In this document: piece by piece, positions 60,059-64,000 of the stretch
Layout of the letters: each line of letters begins with the position of its first letter
Numbering within the stretch: position 1 is the first letter of the stretch
NCBI GenBank assembly: GCA_030265395.1
Contig: JARFYF010000057.1
Location: 16,508,878 to 16,572,877 of the forward strand
DNA from: Rhina ancylostomus
Taxonomy: Eukaryota
Length of the DNA: 64,000 nucleotides
Direction of reading: 5' to 3'
The notes under the pieces: generated by a model
The model's input: only the letters and a program-made list of their open reading frames with translations
What the model was told of the DNA's origin: nothing
Database searches by the model: none
Position numbers and translations under genes: made by a program

Positions 60059-61038
60059 CATTAATCTAACTCGCTTCGTTAGCCTTACCTCTTCTCCCTC
60101 TTGTGGTCTAGGCAGCTTCCTAAACTACAGCAGCCACAAAATAAGAGAGTAACTCAAAAACATTTTTTTCTGCCACTGGCCTGGTAATCCAATCAGGTGG
60201 ACCATTAATTCGGAGACCAAGATTCAAACCATTGCATGTGAGGAAGTTAATTTTAATTAAATATATCTACAATAAGAAGTAGCATAAAGGAAGTTGACCG
60301 TACAGCTAAGGGATTTCATTAAATCTATTTAGAACATAAATTATCTTTTATGGCAGGGAATCTCTCATGCTTTACATGCAATTCCAGATTATCAACATGG
60401 TTGACTTCTAATTGTTTTCTGAAGTGGTTGTGCAAACCAAGTTGCACGAATCTGCTACAAAAATACCAGGTAGTAACATTTTCATCACAAATGGTTTTCA
60501 CTGAAGTACCACATTCAAAAAAGGAAAATCTAGCCCAGTAAACCCTGCAAAATTCTCCCCTCTAACATTTGGGGGCATGAGCTAAAATTAAAAGAGCTGT
60601 TCCACACACTGGTCAAGCAACAGCCAAGCACTATAATTACTCATGTAGCTATGTTCCTAAGTTATCAATCTTGCTGTGCATGCCACACATCATTAGCAGG
60701 ACAAACCCACAAAAATGGTGGCACAGTGGGACATAATCAGGAGGGAGTAGGCTGGGAAGCTTCAACATTAATTCTGGATCTCTTGAACCATTACAGTAGG
60801 TCAAACACTGGCAGGAAAATGTACTGGATTCCTACTCTGCCTCAGTGTTTTTCCAAGCTCAATATTACATTCAAGAAACATTGAGGTAATAAGGCTGGAG
60901 TACTTTGATGGTTATCATCAACAGTGGTTTTGGCAAACCACAAAAGGTGACAAGTCCTGAAGAATGCTCCTGCCTATCCAAATCTATGGCGCATGCCAAC
61001 AGAATTTGAAGGAGATTTTTTTTTGCTGTTTAAAGTCA

Positions 61039-61895
61039 GAGCAATACAGCACGGATACAGGCCCTTCAGTCCAACAAGTCCATGCCACTCACGGTGCACA
61101 CCCATTGTCCCAATTTCCTGTATTTGGCCCATATCCCTCTAAGCAACGCCCCCCTCCCCACTGTACCTATCCAAGTGCTTCTTGTGCCTGCCTTAACCAC
61201 TTCCTCTGGCAATTCGTTCGATATACTCACCACCCTCTGCATAAAAAAGTTGCCCCCCAAGTCCCTTTTAAATCTTTCCCTTCTCACCCTAAGTCTATGT
61301 CCACTAGTTTTAGACTTCTGTACCCTGGGGAAAAGACTGCTACCATCCACCTATGCTCCTCATGATTTCATAAACATCTACAAGATCTCCCCTCATTCGT
61401 CTACACTCCAAGGAATAAAGACCTAGCCTGGCCAACCTCTCCCTATAACTCAGGCCCCCTAGTCTTGGCAACATCCTTGCAAATCTTTTCTGCACGTTTT
61501 CCAGTTATCCATGACTTTCTTACAACAGGATGACCAAAACTGTACACAGTACTTGAAGTGTGGCCTTACCAATATGTATACAACTGCAACATAATGTCCC
61601 AACTCCTATATTCAATGTCCTGACTAAAGACCAGCATGCTGAACACCTTTTTCACCACCCTATCTGTGATACTGCTTTCAATGACAATGCACTTGTATTC
61701 CTAGGTCCCTCTGTTCCATTATACTCCTTAGTGCTTTACCATTCAGTTTACAAGTCCTACTCTGGTCTGTCTTTCCAAAATGCATCACCTCACACTCATT
61801 GGTACTGAAATCCATTTGCCACTCTTCAGACCACTTCCATAACTGGTCTGTAATCTTTGATAAGCTTCTTCACCATCAACAACACCTCCTAATTT
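61039..61895 (-). mobile_element. 5'-truncated CR1 LINE
   Basis: ORF 61066..61350 LFPRVQKSKTSGHRLRVRRERFKRDLGGNFFMQRVVSISNELPEEVVKAG; close relative of 4185-5175. Confidence 0.92.
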
Positions 61896-62439
61896 CTTAG
61901 GACTGGATTGATACTGTATCAGCACTTAAACTTCTTACCCAAATCAAACATGAACCAACAAGATTAATTCCAATTGACTTCTCATTACTTGCTACTCCCT
62001 CAATGTAAATATGTAGAGTGCAATCCCAAAGAAGGCTCTCCTGCAGGTAAAGTTATCACTCCCTGTAAATACTGTATTGGGGTACAATCTAATTTATCAT
62101 CCTAAATTACTTCCATTCAGCTTGAGTGTTTGGAATAGCTTGAAAATGACAAGGATAACAAGTTTAATAACTCAAGCTGATCATGTAACAATGACCCTAT
62201 TTAAACCATAAATAAATAAACCTTCCTAGTCAGAGTACTGTGTAGTTCCAGGCTTCGTGCTGCAGCATAGGTCACAGGAGATTGCGTGATATAGTGCAAG
62301 ACTATACAGAAAGAAAACCTAGATGTCTCCCCCCCTCCCCCCACCAACCACAGAGCAATACAGATCATGGAAAGATCTGATGAAAGTGTTTACAATTCAG
62401 AAAGGACAGCGACAGGATAAATAGAAATAAAATCTGCAG

Positions 62440-62965
62440 TTGTTGTGGGGTCAACAGCAGCAGAGATATCATGCTGAAACTATAAAATACTAGCTAGACT
62501 CCCATCTGGGCTGTGTCCAACTCCAGTCACATTATAGGAAGGACAAGATAGCATTAGAGAGGATACATTACTGTGACCAGCAATGGAGAATCTTAAGCTT
62601 TAATTAAAGAATGGATTGGCTATGGCTGCCCTTTGGAGAAGGGGGGGGGGGTGTGGGGGAGGTTTAATCCAAATTATGATGGACTTCGACAGGATGTTCA
62701 GGAGAAATCCATTTCTTCAGCAAAGAGTTCAATAATTAGTAGATGCTGATTTAAAGTAAAACATTAGATTGGAAGGGAGTTGAGAAAATATTTTAATTCA
62801 AAATATGGTGGGAGTCTGGAACTCACCGCCTACAAGGGAGCTAGAAACTCTCACTACATTTATAAAGTACCTAGATGAGCACAAAGCACCACAACCTAGA
62901 AATGGCTAGATTAGCACTGCCATAAATGACAACTTCCTCCTGTGCCATACATTTCTATCCTATGA
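62440..62965 (+). mobile_element. Old CR1 3' fragment
   Basis: Degenerate ...aggaaggacaagatagcattagagagg...ggtgggagtctggaactcac...tcctgtgccatacatttctat tail. Confidence 0.55.
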
Positions 62966-64000
62966 AGTACATCTGACTTCAGGTAGAACATTAAATGTGA
63001 GAATTCAGAGAGTCAGGAGAAAATTACATGTATGTCACAGACATACACACAGTGAGGTCATGGAATTCACAAATGGAGGGCGAGGCAGAAATGTTATGAA
63101 CATTCAAGATTAGATTGAAAATATGGATAAAAGATAAATGGTTGGGTAAATGTGATGAAAGTTGTTTACATGAGTGGAGGATAAATGTCAACAAAGTCTA
63201 GTTAGGCAAAATAGCTCACTTCCATGTTGCGTTTCTTCAATTGAACAGAAGAGTCATAGGTCAGATTTTCCACAAGAGATCAACAGGATAAAAGATGGAG
63301 GCTTGGCCACGGAGAGCAGGTGGGACAATTGAATTTAGAGCCAGGGTGAAGCAAAGTAGCTTCTGATGCATGGTTGAACAAGATTCAGCATCTTCAGCAC
63401 AAAAAGGAAAAGGAAGAGGCAAGAAAGCAAGATTTTACCTTGAAAGGAAATGTTACATCTTAAAATGTAACTCACCTCCTTCATGAAGTCCATGATTCAT
63501 TCTGGGGTAATCTTTCAAGGATATGAGATAAACAAACAAATGTGAAGCAAGATCTGACAAGAGCACAGTTCTTTTAATGACTTCAGCGAAAAGAACAATA
63601 TGTACAACTGACCTCATGCCAGCTGCGAGTCCAGACTAAACCTTAATGAGAATATTTATTCCAGACAAGTCTCTATAGTTGTGCAGTATACTAAGGTGAC
63701 TGCAATAACACTCCATATTTTCTTTAATAAATGCAAGCTCTGCTCTGCCCCAAGGTAATCACTGACATGCAAAGAGCACTATGACCAGACTGCAAACTGA
63801 GCAAAGTGATCAGTGTGGGAGTTTAAAAAGCTGGAGGAGGTCTGCAGGAAGGTCAAAATTTTTTTATTGCTTACCAAGGTCTCATTCCACTACTTCCAAC
63901 TCTATGGTTTTTCAAGGTTGCAATGCTGAAATTAAGCTGGGTGGAGTAGATTGTGCGAAGTTTTGGCACCACACAGGAGGTAGGAATTTATGCCAAATGC

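Overview
Eukaryotic, intron-rich vertebrate DNA with several N-gaps. The repeat content (CR1 LINEs, V-SINE/HE1-like and Deu-domain-like SINEs, Penelope-like remnants) points to a cartilaginous fish; this is an inference. The main content is the 3' part of an Lbc-family RhoGEF gene, best matching ARHGEF18 (p114RhoGEF), on the minus strand. I reconstructed 21 GT-AG coding exons from 55758 down to the stop at 17124 (3359 nt, about 1119 codons) with consistent splice phases. They encode the second half of a C1 zinc finger, DH, PH, a coiled coil and the C-terminus EIIFF*. The 5' exons lie beyond the window, and a long repeat-poor 3' UTR probably runs to about 10.9-11.9 kb. Most listed ORFs are noise or transposon relics. 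I found no clearly new biological system. The most interesting signals are Penelope-derived repeats with decaying minimal hammerhead-ribozyme motifs, a CR1 copy with twin-priming-type 5' inversion geometry, a three-level nested insertion, an intronic CTCF motif, and a speculative second spliced minus-strand unit at 0.4-6.4 kb. Repeat boundaries are approximate and all human-protein comparisons are from memory, not from an alignment.
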